A DNA stretch of 64,000 bases, from positions 21,400 to 85,399 of the forward strand of contig JBEPUZ010000001.1 of assembly GCA_041691275.1 (NCBI GenBank), in the 5' to 3' direction. The stretch comes from Actinomycetota bacterium. Lineage in GTDB: Bacteria > Actinomycetota > Acidimicrobiia > IMCC26256 > PALSA-610. Each line of letters begins with the position of its first letter. Position 1 is the stretch's first letter. The notes beneath the pieces are model-generated. The model was not told the DNA's origin. It searched no databases and saw only the letters and a list, made by a program, of their open reading frames with translations. A program made the translations under genes and the position numbers. This document shows positions 30,057-40,929 of the stretch, in pieces.

Positions 30057-30062
30057 CTCTCC

Positions 30063-30368
30063 ATGACCCAGTCGCCGTTCGTGCCGACCCCCTCCCCCGA
30101 TCTCGTCACCTACCTCGAAGGCCTCCTCGACCGAGCCCGGGCGGGGGAGATCCAGTTCCTCGTCTGCTCGGCGGGCGTGACCCCCGAGGGCGAGCCGACC
30201 GGCTTCGACGTGCGTGTGCACGTCGCGATGGGTGATCGGGTGCCGCGGTATGCGCCACCGGCCCGTCGGGCGGTCTACGCGGCCGTGCTCGAGGGTGCGC
30301 AACGCGGGATCGCGACGCTCGACATCAACTTCCGTCGGGTCACCCCTGATATCCTGCTGCCGGAGTAG
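30063..30368 (+). CDS. Hypothetical protein
   Basis: LEGLLDRARAGEI motif, upstream promoter. Confidence 0.6.
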   Translation: MTQSPFVPTPSPDLVTYLEGLLDRARAGEIQFLVCSAGVTPEGEPTGFDVRVHVAMGDRVPRYAPPARRAVYAAVLEGAQRGIATLDINFRRVTPDILLPE

Positions 30369-30372
30369 ATCC

Positions 30373-31173
30373 GTGCCATCGACGAACCCCGCGCGACCGA
30401 AGAAGCTCCCCGGCCGGATGTGGGGCTCGCATCTCTACCGGCAGGTGCAGTACCGCCAGGGCGAGCTCGCGCAGATCGGCTACCTGGCCCGCTGGCGCAA
30501 CAAGGGCCGCGTACCGCTGGATCTGCTCGCGAAGCTCACGTGCCTCTATCCCGCGTTCGATCACGTCGAGTATTGGCTCGGCTACGCGGACGATCTGACC
30601 TCGCGCGATCTCGACAGACGTATCCTGGTCGGGCATCCGTACCGATTCGATGAGCCGACACGTCGCTCGCTAGAGGCTGCGGCCCAGGAGTTCGGTCTCG
30701 TCTGGTGGGCGACCCCGCCGAAGAAGCCGAATCCGGGACAGGAGGGTGCGGCACCTGGCGTGATCACGTCCTGGTACTCGGACAGCACGTGGCTTGTCGT
30801 CGTTCAGCCGAAGGACCGTTTCGCGGGCGCGCCGGCGCCGGAGGAGTGCGCTATCCGCTACGGCCGGAAGTCGGAGCGTCGGCCTCTGGAGCCCGGGGAG
30901 ACGCTACAGGAGCGGCCCCCGAGGCCGTCCGTGATCAAGAAGCGCAAGACGCGGCGCAGCCTGCAGCCGCCGAGGATCTCCATCGCCGACGCCATCGACA
31001 ATCCCGCCGAGTCGACGGCCCGATTGCTCAAGTGGCGGCGGCTCCAGGAGAACAAGCGCCGTCTCGCGGAGCTCGAAGCCTCCGTCGACATAGATCGAGA
31101 GCTCGATGAGACAGAGCAGCTTCTCGCCGCAGTCGTGAATAGAAAACCTCCTGACCCGTCGGAGTCATCATGA
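30373..31173 (+). CDS. Hypothetical protein
   Basis: FDH..W, LVGHPY and SWY motifs with basic C-terminus; start uncertain. Confidence 0.55.
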   Translation: MPSTNPARPKKLPGRMWGSHLYRQVQYRQGELAQIGYLARWRNKGRVPLDLLAKLTCLYPAFDHVEYWLGYADDLTSRDLDRRILVGHPYRFDEPTRRSLEAAAQEFGLVWWATPPKKPNPGQEGAAPGVITSWYSDSTWLVVVQPKDRFAGAPAPEECAIRYGRKSERRPLEPGETLQERPPRPSVIKKRKTRRSLQPPRISIADAIDNPAESTARLLKWRRLQENKRRLAELEASVDIDRELDETEQLLAAVVNRKPPDPSESS

Positions 31174-31568
31174 ACAGGAAGCAACGCCGCACCGCCGCCA
31201 AGCACGGCAACCCGTACCAGGCCGCGCAAGCGCAGCTCGAGGGAGATCTCCGGAGGGCGCTGCGAGTCCACGGCGTCGAGCTGATCTCGGTGGCGGCCGG
31301 CGCGCAGAACGAGGAGTCGCGCGTGATCGTGCACGTGAAGCGCGGCGAGCAGACGGTCTTCATGCAGTCGCCGCCGAAGACCGTGAAGGGCCTCGTCGCG
31401 GGGATCCTGGCGAGGCTGGACGGCAAGGATGTCGAGCCGACGCTGGTCGAGCTCGTCGTCGCCAAGGAGGCGGCGCCTACGCCGTCGCCGACCACAGCCG
31501 CGCCAGGGAACGGAGAGCGCCCCGAGCCCGTGTACACCGACCTCTCCAAGTACCTGGAGAGCACGTGA
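31170..31568 (+). CDS. Hypothetical protein
   Basis: MNRKQRR start typical of phage ORFs, ATGA coupling. Confidence 0.6.
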   Translation: MNRKQRRTAAKHGNPYQAAQAQLEGDLRRALRVHGVELISVAAGAQNEESRVIVHVKRGEQTVFMQSPPKTVKGLVAGILARLDGKDVEPTLVELVVAKEAAPTPSPTTAAPGNGERPEPVYTDLSKYLEST

Positions 31569-31893
31569 CCGCGATCACGGCCTATCGCGACCCGAAGCAC
31601 CGGAAGCGGATCGCGGTCTTGCGCGCCGCAGACCCCGCTCAAGCCCTGCGCCGGCTCGCGGAGTGGAACACGATCATGGACCGGGTCGGCGACGCCGAGA
31701 GCCCCGAGCGCGGCCGCGAGCACCGGCGCGAGGCCGACGAGCTCTGGGTGAACATGAAGAAAGAGCAGCCCTGGACGTTCCTCGGGTGGCTCGGAGCCGA
31801 CACCAAAACGGTCGTCGACGAGGGCGGCGTCGACATCGGGGTGGCGGCGCCCGGGGATCTGCACGAGGCCGAGGACAAGCTGGAGGGGTGGAG

Positions 31894-31897
<4 letters not shown>
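31565..31897 (+). CDS. Hypothetical protein
   Basis: GTGA coupling. Confidence 0.5.
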
Positions 31898-32235
<338 letters not shown>

Positions 32236-32461
32236 AAGTCACCCCGCTCGGCTACAGAGGTCCGATCATCTTCGAGAACGAGGTGGTCTACGCCGCCAAG
32301 CGCCTTATCCACGCGCTCGGGCACGTCGGACCTGGCGAGCTGAAGGACTCGGTGAGGGAGTTGCGCGAGCTCGCGGCCGCGCAGCCCGGGTACGAGACCT
32401 TGCTCTTGGCCGTAGCCCAAGAGGCCCAGGACCGAGAGACCGTCCAGATCCGAGCGGGTAC

Positions 32462-32713
32462 ATGATCATCCCCATCAAAGGCTATGTCGGCGAGTTCCTC
32501 GACACCGACGCGAACGCGCACTTGTCGATCACCTGGACCCACGACGCGCCGATCGAGCTCGTGAACGAGCTGCGGCTACGCGAGGGCCTGCCGGAGCTGA
32601 CAGCCAGAAAAGCGTCGGGTGCGCGGAAGCACCTGCGCGTCGAGTTCCATACCTTCGTGAGCGGCCGTGATCCAGAGGTCGTCGATCGCCTGAAGAAGAT
32701 CTTCGACCCGTGA
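32462..32713 (+). CDS. Hypothetical protein
   Basis: MIIPIKGYVG, coupled. Confidence 0.45.
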   Translation: MIIPIKGYVGEFLDTDANAHLSITWTHDAPIELVNELRLREGLPELTARKASGARKHLRVEFHTFVSGRDPEVVDRLKKIFDP

Positions 32714-33053
32714 CCGACGACTCACCTCACCTCGAGCGCGCCGCGCTCGCCGACGGGCTCTCGATCTACCGCTCCGGCGGGCGGCCCTCGAGCGAAGTGC
32801 AGCGCTGGAGGCGGGAGAACCCGGAGAAGTACGCGCTCGCCAAGAAGCGCGACTACGCGCAGCACGTGGCTCGCGAGGCTGCGCGCGATCTGCGCATCGC
32901 GGCCCTGATCGCCCCGTGGGCGGTCACCGCGTTGATCGCGAAGGCCCTGGCACGCCGCGCCGATCGTCGAGCGAAGGCAGCTGCGGCGACCCGAGCTTGG
33001 CGTGCACGCCTCCGTGCACGCCGCCAAGCCAGCGATTCAGCTAGCCTCCCCGG

Positions 33054-33386
33054 GTGAAGAAACGCCCGCCGCAGTCGGCGACACCGCAGGGCCCGATCAT
33101 CGGCTTCGCCTGCACCAAGATCCCCGCGAGGCTGCTGCGGAGCTCGTGCGGGATGAGACACCGCAACGCGAGCACGCCGTGGAAGCCGGGCGAGCGCAAG
33201 GTGAAGGTGTTCTCCGAGGTGTGCGCGAACTGCGGGATCGGAGCTGCGCACCTGAAAGGCCTGCACCCGGCCATGTGGGATGACGGCACGCCGATCATGC
33301 CCGTCGAGCTCGTCCCGGTGAAGTCGCTCGTGCGCTTGAAGGCGAAGACGAACGACGGCGGTGTCGAGTATTTCGGTCGCCGCTAG
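33054..33386 (+). CDS. Hypothetical Cys-containing protein
   Basis: FAC..SSC..CANCGIG pattern. Confidence 0.45.
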   Translation: MKKRPPQSATPQGPIIGFACTKIPARLLRSSCGMRHRNASTPWKPGERKVKVFSEVCANCGIGAAHLKGLHPAMWDDGTPIMPVELVPVKSLVRLKAKTNDGGVEYFGRR

Positions 33387-34053
33387 CGCCTGAACCGGCG
33401 CTTGCCGAACACCAGATTGGCGATCGCCTCGATCTCCCGCGGCCCGCAGATGCGCCCGGCCTCGGACTCGTCGGCACGCTCTTCCCAGGCCATGCGCGAG
33501 ATCGGACGGTGCTCGGAGCAGCCGTCGCGACAGAGCTCGGCGTCGCTCATGAGCGCGATTCGGCATCGACGGATGAAGTCGACGTCGGCCTGCGGATGTG
33601 ACGGGTCAGATGACGACGTAGATGCCATCGGTCCGCTGGTGGTTGAAGGTCCCGTCGGGCAGCAGCGCTACCTCCACGATGAACGGCCGATCTCGGTAGT
33701 TGCTCGGGATGAACATCGCGCGGACCGGAGGCGGCGGGCGAGTGGTGATCGGGGCCGAGGCCCACACGCGCTCTCGGAACTCCTGACGGGCGGTCTCTCG
33801 GTCCATGGCGGTCAGACGCCACCCTTCTTCGCGGTATTCACCGGCGGCTCCGAGATCCCGGCCTTGGCCTCCTCGAGAATCCCTGAGACCGCGACGAAGT
33901 GCTTGTTCGTGATGGGCTCCGGGACCGGGATGGCGGCGCTCGACGGGCGATCGCGCCGCCGCAGATAACCCCTCACGACACGCCACGGATCGCCGATGTC
34001 GTGAGGGGCGTTCGCGAGCTCGGCGTCGAGCAGGATGAGCGCGTCGGCGAGGG

Positions 34054-34290
34054 TCACGTGGCGAATGCCCGCTCTTGACGCTGTAGCAGCGCTCTCCGGA
34101 GAACGTGATGGCGTTGCATCTCGTACACGAAGAACTCCTCTGCTGTTTTGCTGTGTTTACGGCTGTTGCACCCGCGACAGGCGGCCGCCAGGTTCGACGG
34201 CGTGCTCTTGCCCCCGCGCGCCAACGGTACGATGTGATCGACGGTCAGCTCGCGAGGATCGCGGTCCGTGAAGTATTTCTTCGGAGGCAC
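34054..34290 (-). CDS. HNH endonuclease, N-terminally short
   Basis: TVDHIVPLARGG..SNL.AACRGCNSRK; first CxxC absent. Confidence 0.7.
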   Translation of the reverse strand: MPPKKYFTDRDPRELTVDHIVPLARGGKSTPSNLAAACRGCNSRKHSKTAEEFFVYEMQRHHVLRRALLQRQERAFAT

Positions 34291-34292
34291 GG

Positions 34293-35039
34293 CTACTTCA
34301 CTTCGTAGATCCAACGTCGAGCGACCATCGAGTCCGGGGCCTCCCACCCAGGACCCATGTTCACGGACGGGTCCATGGGAATCCATTTCCCGTTTACATT
34401 CACACTGTAATACACGTGGTCGGCACTGCCGTCGACCGACTGTTTCGTCGCGATCACAACGAGGTTACAGTCGATGCCAATCGCTCTCGACGCCGCACAT
34501 CCGAGCGTGGCGAGCTCGTCGCAATCGGCACCTCCGGTCTTCAGGATGTGCCGCGCTTTCGAGTACAGGTCAGTTCCGATGGGGTCCGACAGGTATCGCG
34601 TTTGCGAGCGAACGCCCTTGAAGATTTCACGAGCTTCTTCGAGCTTATTCTTCTCTTTGATCATCCACTGATCGCCGTTCCACGCGGTCGAGCCGGGCTT
34701 GCGCTTCGAGACCGTCTGACGGGCCCAGGCGACGACCTGCGGGTCGGTGGTGCCCTGCTCGACGCGGTCGATGATGACGGACAGGCGGTCACCCAAGGTG
34801 TTCACCTGGTACTTCGATAAGCCCATCACACCGGCGCGCGTCTTCGACGGGGCCGCCGACGAGACCTGACGCGGCATCTGACGCGTCGCCGCTCGAGGCA
34901 CCCTGATGGTCGGGACGCGTCCCGGCATCGCACTCGGCGAGGACTTCAACCCCTCGGACAAGTGCTTCGCACCCTTGGCCATGCTGTTCACGCCGAGGAT
35001 TATCGACCCTAGCCCGATAGCGATCCCGAAGAGGTTCAT
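34293..35039 (-). CDS. Transglutaminase-like (papain-fold) protein with N-terminal TM; candidate maturation protease
   Basis: Y.SDP, GADCDE (Cys), DHVY (His), WIPMDP (Asp). Confidence 0.8.
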   Translation of the reverse strand: MNLFGIAIGLGSIILGVNSMAKGAKHLSEGLKSSPSAMPGRVPTIRVPRAATRQMPRQVSSAAPSKTRAGVMGLSKYQVNTLGDRLSVIIDRVEQGTTDPQVVAWARQTVSKRKPGSTAWNGDQWMIKEKNKLEEAREIFKGVRSQTRYLSDPIGTDLYSKARHILKTGGADCDELATLGCAASRAIGIDCNLVVIATKQSVDGSADHVYYSVNVNGKWIPMDPSVNMGPGWEAPDSMVARRWIYEVK

Positions 35040-35055
35040 GCCCTAGCCTACCGCA

Positions 35056-35409
35056 TCAGTCGAAGTCGTCGTAGTCGTCGTACGCGTCCTCGAGCGGCAT
35101 CCCGTAGTGGTCCACGCGCTCGGTGCCGCCCCGGAGCCACTCCCCGAACCATCCCTCGAACTTCTCGTAGCCCGCGAGCGAGTGAGCGTCGAAGGCGCGC
35201 TCGGCCTGCTGGTACGACCGCTCGCCCTCGCGGAGCACGCGCCGGACGCCGCGGAGCGCGTTCGCGTCGTCGAGCTCCGCCTTCTTGAGGAACGCCTTCT
35301 TCGAGACCTCGTCGCCGGCCGCCACGCCCTGATCCCGAGGGCCGCCACACGCCGCGCAGAAGCGGTCGCCCGCCCCGCACAATCGCCCACAGCGGCAGCC
35401 CCAGGACAT
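35056..35409 (-). CDS. Zinc-ribbon protein
   Basis: CRCGRLC..DRFCAACG; TAGTCT 6 nt upstream. Confidence 0.6.
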   Translation of the reverse strand: MSWGCRCGRLCGAGDRFCAACGGPRDQGVAAGDEVSKKAFLKKAELDDANALRGVRRVLREGERSYQQAERAFDAHSLAGYEKFEGWFGEWLRGGTERVDHYGMPLEDAYDDYDDFD

Positions 35410-35434
35410 GGTCGAAGACTACTACCGCTCGCCT

Positions 35435-37372
35435 TCAGTAACCACCGGAATACGCGGCTGCATCCCCGTCGAAGCCCTCGAGCACGGCCGGCGCGGGCCC
35501 GGTCGGCTTCTCGCCCGAGCCCTCTTCGGGCACGTCCGAGCCGTCGCCCTCGGCATCCGGAGCCGGTGCGCCATCGGCAGGCGTCGGCTCCGCGACCGGG
35601 GCCTGCGCCGCAGCTGCCGCATGAGCCGCATCGGCCTGCTGCGCCATCGAGCGGATCGCGGGGATCTTCTCGATGATGCCCGCGCGGACGACGACGTAGT
35701 TCTCCTTGAACGCGACGAGGGTCGCCATCGCGGTCTCGCCCGGGAGCAGCCCGCCATCGATGAGGATCTTGAGCCAGCCGCCGAGCGCCTTCAGCGACTC
35801 GTGCGGGTTGACGGGGTTCATGGCGATGGCGCCGAGCAGCCCCTGCAGGAAGCCCTGCCAGCGCTGGATCGGCTGCAACGACAGGAGCGCGTCGATGGTC
35901 GACTGCACGCGCTCGCCCGGCGTGTTGGCGTTCGTCATCGCCTGCATCTTCGCCTGGAAGTTGGCCGGGAGCGGCACCTCGTCGATCGGCGGCGAGGCCT
36001 GCTCGGTGATCTGCGCCGGCGCGCGCTGCACGGAGCGGTTGTCCGTGATCACCACCGGGCGCGGCGCGAGAGGCGGCGGCGTGGCGTCGACGCGGGCACC
36101 GATGGCTCGCGAGATCTCCGAGCCGGGCCCGAAGATGTTGATCGCCGCGTCCCAGAACGTCGTGCCGGTCTGCGACGGAGGCGGCGGAGGCGGGGCCACG
36201 GCGGCCGCGAGCTCCTTCACGCGCACGAGCGTCCCGATCTGCTCTTCGAGCGTGGCCGGCGGAGCCGACTCAGCCTCGCGACGCTGGAAGATCTCGATGA
36301 CGTCCTTCACGCCGAGCCCGTCCGTGGGGCGCGCCGCCTGCTGCGCCTGGATGATGAGACCGGCCATCTCGACCGCGGTCGGCCCGCTCTCGTTCTTCAC
36401 CAGCGGCACGACCATCGCGACCGCGCTGCTGATCGCCGTGATCAGCTCGGGCATCGACCAGCTCGGTCCCGGGGGCGGCATCGGGGGCATCGGCGGCATC
36501 GGCGGCGGAGCCGCCTCGAGCTTCTCGAGTCGACGATCCATGCGCTCGAGCAGCGACGTGATCGCCGGATCGACGGCCGGCCGCGCCGCGGAGGCAGCAG
36601 CGGACTGCTGTTGCATCATGGCGAGGAACATCTTGGTGCTCTCGGCCTGCTGGGCAGCCTGCGCGGTCTGCGCCTGCATCTGCATCTGCATCATGGCTGT
36701 GAACATGGAGGTATCGGGACCGGTGTTCTTGGGCTGCATGTCCACGAGGAACTCCTTGGCGTTTCTGAGCTGGGTGAGGGCGTCGGGCTGAGGGGCGGGC
36801 GGCTTGGTGACGTGGCGGAACATCTCGACCATCAGCGGGTCGGACGTGGACGGAGCCGCAGACGTAGACGCCGTCGGGTACCGCGGAGGGCTCATGAGCT
36901 TCACGATGCCGGCAGGCCACTCCTTGCCTTGAGCGTCGATGATCACGACGTCGTACTCGCCACCCCCGTGCTTCGGCTCCAGGTACTGCTGGATGAACGA
37001 TTCGATCTCCCCGACGCCATCGACATCGGTCTTGTTGTAGTTGCCGACCGTGGCGAGCGAGCCGTCCTCGCGCCGCTGACGGATGCGAATCTTCTCCGCA
37101 CCAGGGAGCAGCGCAGCGATCTTCGGAAACTTCCGAACCGCCAGATGGTCCATGCCCTTGACGCTCGAGTTGTCCGCGAGCGTCTGAGCGGCCGCCTTGT
37201 TCGTGGCGGCCTTGTCGGCAGCCATGGACTTCGGAGTCGGCATACCGGGTACCGGCATGGGCGGCGGACCGACTCCGAGCGACGGACCGCCGTTTCCGAG
37301 GATGTCGGACATGTCCGGAGAGAGCATCTCCAGCGTGCGACTCACATCAGCATTCATCTCAGGCTTGCTCAT
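35435..37372 (-). CDS. Large Met/Pro/Gln-rich helical protein
   Basis: 645 aa ORF; HGGGEYDV domain followed by poly-Pro and MMQ tracts. Confidence 0.7.
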   Translation of the reverse strand: MSKPEMNADVSRTLEMLSPDMSDILGNGGPSLGVGPPPMPVPGMPTPKSMAADKAATNKAAAQTLADNSSVKGMDHLAVRKFPKIAALLPGAEKIRIRQRREDGSLATVGNYNKTDVDGVGEIESFIQQYLEPKHGGGEYDVVIIDAQGKEWPAGIVKLMSPPRYPTASTSAAPSTSDPLMVEMFRHVTKPPAPQPDALTQLRNAKEFLVDMQPKNTGPDTSMFTAMMQMQMQAQTAQAAQQAESTKMFLAMMQQQSAAASAARPAVDPAITSLLERMDRRLEKLEAAPPPMPPMPPMPPPGPSWSMPELITAISSAVAMVVPLVKNESGPTAVEMAGLIIQAQQAARPTDGLGVKDVIEIFQRREAESAPPATLEEQIGTLVRVKELAAAVAPPPPPPSQTGTTFWDAAINIFGPGSEISRAIGARVDATPPPLAPRPVVITDNRSVQRAPAQITEQASPPIDEVPLPANFQAKMQAMTNANTPGERVQSTIDALLSLQPIQRWQGFLQGLLGAIAMNPVNPHESLKALGGWLKILIDGGLLPGETAMATLVAFKENYVVVRAGIIEKIPAIRSMAQQADAAHAAAAAQAPVAEPTPADGAPAPDAEGDGSDVPEEGSGEKPTGPAPAVLEGFDGDAAAYSGGY

Positions 37373-38424
37373 TCGGCACCCTCTCCATCTCGTTCATCCG
37401 CTTCCTGGAGTCGATCCAGGAAGTCACCAATCTTGCCTTGGGCCTCGCGTACCTTGTCGGCATAAGGACCCTGCGCGATCAAGGAGACGCCTTTGCCATG
37501 AACCGCACCGGCCAGATCGCTTGGGCGCATGACCAAGTAGTGGTCCATCGTGGTTTGGATCTTCTTGTGGCCCATGATCTTCGCGATGGTCGTGGCGTCC
37601 AGCCCGGCTTTCCACAGTGAGGTTCCGTACGTCCGGCGCAAGGTGTGAGGCGTCAATCTCGACGGATTTCTTCCGTGCGCGATCATCTGCTCTCGAACCC
37701 ACTGCACGTTCTCGCGAAGGGTGCGATTCGGGAGCGGTCGATGCTCGCTCTCCGGAAACAGGTAGAGACCAGGGTAGTAAGTGCGCCAGTCGCGAAGGTA
37801 ACGGCGGAGGATCGGAGGGCCGTCGAGCAGCAGCGGGACCGTGCGGAGCTCGCCGCCCTTGCCGCGGACCGTCAGGCAGATGTGTCCGATCGTCTTGCCG
37901 TCTGCGGTCTTGAATCCGACCTGGCTGATCGACGACATCGTCAGGTTGGTGAGCTCGTCGCTCCGCAGCCCGCAGTAGGGTAGGAGCAGAAGCGCCGTGC
38001 GCGCGGGCTCCTGACACTGATTCGACCAGCGGAAATACTCGAGCAGATCTTCGTCGCGTAGATCGTTCGGTGGATCTCGGATGATCTTCGGCAGATCAGG
38101 CGAGTTGAGCTGCCGGATCGTGATCGCGCCGCGGTCCTGCAGCCACTTCAAGAAGCGCTTCGCGCCCGCCGTCATCGTCGCGACGCTCGTCGCCTTGAGC
38201 CCGTAGGCTGTCTGCACCTCGGAGAAGAGCGAGAGCACGCCGGGCGGCAGATCCTTCATGTCGATCCCGTTCGAGTGCACGAACGCGATGAACTTCTGTG
38301 CAGCCAGACGGTACTTAGACGCGGTCGCGTCGCCGTTCATGTGCTTCAGGTACTGGTAGAACTGATCGACCGACGAGTCGGGAAGCACGACCGACGTTTG
38401 CCACAGTAAATCGGTTTTTGGCAA
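37369..38424 (-). CDS. Tyrosine recombinase (XerC/D-like)
   Basis: GLRSDE, GKGG, HTLRR, MGH, TMDHY catalytic residues. Confidence 0.92.
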   Translation of the reverse strand: MPKTDLLWQTSVVLPDSSVDQFYQYLKHMNGDATASKYRLAAQKFIAFVHSNGIDMKDLPPGVLSLFSEVQTAYGLKATSVATMTAGAKRFLKWLQDRGAITIRQLNSPDLPKIIRDPPNDLRDEDLLEYFRWSNQCQEPARTALLLLPYCGLRSDELTNLTMSSISQVGFKTADGKTIGHICLTVRGKGGELRTVPLLLDGPPILRRYLRDWRTYYPGLYLFPESEHRPLPNRTLRENVQWVREQMIAHGRNPSRLTPHTLRRTYGTSLWKAGLDATTIAKIMGHKKIQTTMDHYLVMRPSDLAGAVHGKGVSLIAQGPYADKVREAQGKIGDFLDRLQEADERDGEGAE

Positions 38425-38534
38425 GAGAGCACACGTCCGTGCTCGATATATCCAGTACGTACGCCACGTCTGTCCTACGTTTGAACACGGACGTGTGCTG
38501 GCTGCATCGAAAGAGGCGGTGATACAAGCCGCCC

Positions 38535-38900
38535 ATGAGCAATCAGCAGATCCGTCCTCTGAGCGGCATGGTCGTGAGCGGAGTCGCAGCGCCCCGCGTT
38601 CTCACTGGCACGGACTCGTTGATCCACCAGCTCGACACTCTGGCGACGCAGCAGGGCGGCCCGTACGTCGATCTCGTGTCGCTCTACGTGCAGAACCCGA
38701 CCGGAGCCGGAGTCGATCTCCTGCTCACCGTCGCGGGCGGGTCCGTGATCACGCAGACCATCACGTCGAAGGCCGCAGCCGTGCTCGTGCTCGACAACGT
38801 CCCGTTCCAGACCGCGGCGAACGCGACGGCCGCGAACACGCAGATCGTCGGACACGGCACGGGCCTGGTGTTCTGGGGCACGTTCAGCCGTCCGGTCTGA
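38535..38900 (+). CDS. Beta-sandwich putative virion protein
   Basis: All-beta pattern ending LVFWGTFSR. Confidence 0.6.
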   Translation: MSNQQIRPLSGMVVSGVAAPRVLTGTDSLIHQLDTLATQQGGPYVDLVSLYVQNPTGAGVDLLLTVAGGSVITQTITSKAAAVLVLDNVPFQTAANATAANTQIVGHGTGLVFWGTFSRPV

Positions 38901-38937
38901 TCGCTCGTCCGCTCAACGTCTCAGGAGAGGGTGCACC

Positions 38938-39321
38938 ATGGATCTCAACGTCACAGGGCTCGCGAACACGACCACCGAGCTCGACATGATCATCTCGCCG
39001 CGGGACGGCACGCTCGTCTGCGTGGCCGAGCACCACGGAGTGCACGTCTGCTGGGGCTGCTTCGAGCCTTTCGACGAGGACAAGTCGGCGCTGAAGTTCA
39101 CCGAGATCCGTACGCCCGGCGCGACGGTCCGATGCGCCGTGCACCGCAAGTGCGTCGACCCGAAGAACCGCAAGGTCTTCTCCGACGGCGGCCAGCCGAC
39201 GACGCGTCTGCAGTCGATCGGCGAAGTCGCTCGAGGACTGCAGCTCCGCAAGACCGTGGCGAGGGCCGTGAACGCGCTCGGCGCAGCCGCAGCCGACCAG
39301 GTCTCCAAGATCATCCTCTAA
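38938..39321 (+). CDS. Cys/His-containing hypothetical protein
   Basis: CWGC...HRKC, AGGAG upstream. Confidence 0.55.
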   Translation: MDLNVTGLANTTTELDMIISPRDGTLVCVAEHHGVHVCWGCFEPFDEDKSALKFTEIRTPGATVRCAVHRKCVDPKNRKVFSDGGQPTTRLQSIGEVARGLQLRKTVARAVNALGAAAADQVSKIIL

Positions 39322-39390
39322 GGGGCGACTCGATCGCCGCCCTCTGGGTAATCGCGGGCATCCCGCGCGTTCAACGAGGTAGGGTGTCGA

Positions 39391-40143
39391 GTGAACCGCG
39401 CTGATCAAGAGCTGCTCGATTATTCGAACGGTTCGTATTCGACCAGCGATACCGGCTGCGTCGGCGACACGATCGCGATCTCTCCTAAGCCGTTTCCGGC
39501 TCCTGGATTTTTGGTCGAGTATCTCGGCTGGAGCGCAGCAGTCCAGGAAGCGACCGACGCCTGCGTCCTGCAGAACGGCGTCTGCTGGATCCTCAAGCCG
39601 GAGCAGCTCGCCCCTCGGTTTGGCCAGGAGTCCGATGGTGGCTGTCCCGGATGCCGCGGACGCGGCCCGACCGGCTTCGCGGGGCTCACGCGCACGACGC
39701 AGGGCGCTCGAATGCAGCAGGGACTGCCGCGTCGGACCGATTTGCGCACGTGGAAGCCGACTGCGGTCGTGACCCCGCAGGGCGTCGCGGCCATCGCGCA
39801 GGGCGCAGTGCTCCCGCTCTGGCAGCGGATCTACAAGTTCGCACCGCCGGAGCGTCTGGTGATGGCGCCCGCAGGCCTCGACTACACGTCGGCCGTGCGC
39901 GGGGCTCAGTACCTTTCGACGCATACGGGTCGTCCGATGGTCGTTGGCGGCGAGAGGGACGGCCGCACGATCCCGATGATTTACGTCCAGCCCGGCGGCC
40001 TCGTTCGCGGCGTCAACGGAGTCCGAAAGCCCGTGCAGGGATGGGAGACGGACGCCGTCTCCATGGACTCGTTCGAGATGCGACAGGCATTCGCGGCCTC
40101 GCGCGGCGCGAGCATCATGCCTTGGAACGCTGTAGGCGGCTGA
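39391..40143 (+). CDS. Hypothetical protein
   Basis: TAGGGT 5 nt upstream of the GTG. Confidence 0.55.
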   Translation: MNRADQELLDYSNGSYSTSDTGCVGDTIAISPKPFPAPGFLVEYLGWSAAVQEATDACVLQNGVCWILKPEQLAPRFGQESDGGCPGCRGRGPTGFAGLTRTTQGARMQQGLPRRTDLRTWKPTAVVTPQGVAAIAQGAVLPLWQRIYKFAPPERLVMAPAGLDYTSAVRGAQYLSTHTGRPMVVGGERDGRTIPMIYVQPGGLVRGVNGVRKPVQGWETDAVSMDSFEMRQAFAASRGASIMPWNAVGG

Positions 40144-40219
40144 GTCGGCCGCTTGCACGCAATCTTCGCTACACGGTAGGACGATGGCTAGGGCTGATGC
40201 CCAGGAGAAAAAAGGTCAC

Positions 40220-40804
40220 ATGGACTACGACATCTCGGGACTCGGCGCCTTCCTCGACGCAGACGCCATCAAGGCAGGACTGATGAGCAGCGCCGTCGGC
40301 GGCGGCGGCATCCTTCTCACCACGACCGCGCTCGACAAGGTGTGGGCCCAGCCCGCAGCCGGCAGCGGTTCGATGTTCGCGCCGGACGCCCAGGGCGGCA
40401 ACGGCACGAAGAACTTCAAGATGGCGAAGTCGGCGGTCACCGCCCTCATCGGCATCCTCGGCGGGCGCGCGCTCTACGAGAAGAACCGCGATGCGGCCGT
40501 GGCGTTCACGGGCGCGGTCGGCGGTCTCGGCATCGCCGAGCTCGTGGCCTCGATGGTCAACGACCCCGCGTCGACGACCGGCCCGACGGTCCGCACGTCG
40601 AACCTCTCGGGTCACCTCAGCGCGGCGGATCTCCGCGCGCTCGAGATGGCCGTCTCCACGCCGATGGCGGCGTGGCGCCCCAGCTACGACATGGCCGGCT
40701 TCGGCGGCCCGGTCACCCGCACGCAGATGCTCTCGGCGCCGGTGACGAGCGCCACCGAGCTCGGCAACAGCGGCATGGCCGCGTACATGCCGTACCTCTC
40801 GTAA
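40220..40804 (+). CDS. Glycine-rich membrane protein, putative major membrane protein
   Basis: Three Gly-rich hydrophobic helices; ISGLG and MAGFG motifs; immediately upstream of the capsid candidate. Confidence 0.65.
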   Translation: MDYDISGLGAFLDADAIKAGLMSSAVGGGGILLTTTALDKVWAQPAAGSGSMFAPDAQGGNGTKNFKMAKSAVTALIGILGGRALYEKNRDAAVAFTGAVGGLGIAELVASMVNDPASTTGPTVRTSNLSGHLSAADLRALEMAVSTPMAAWRPSYDMAGFGGPVTRTQMLSAPVTSATELGNSGMAAYMPYLS

Positions 40805-40929
40805 GGCATCCGCCTTTCGAGCCTGATCGACGCGGCGTCGTGCCGCCCTGACGCCCTCTCAGATGGTCTGAGAGGGCACCTGACAGACCGAGACCGGAAC
40901 GAACACCGGCTCGACACGGAGCTCCGCAC

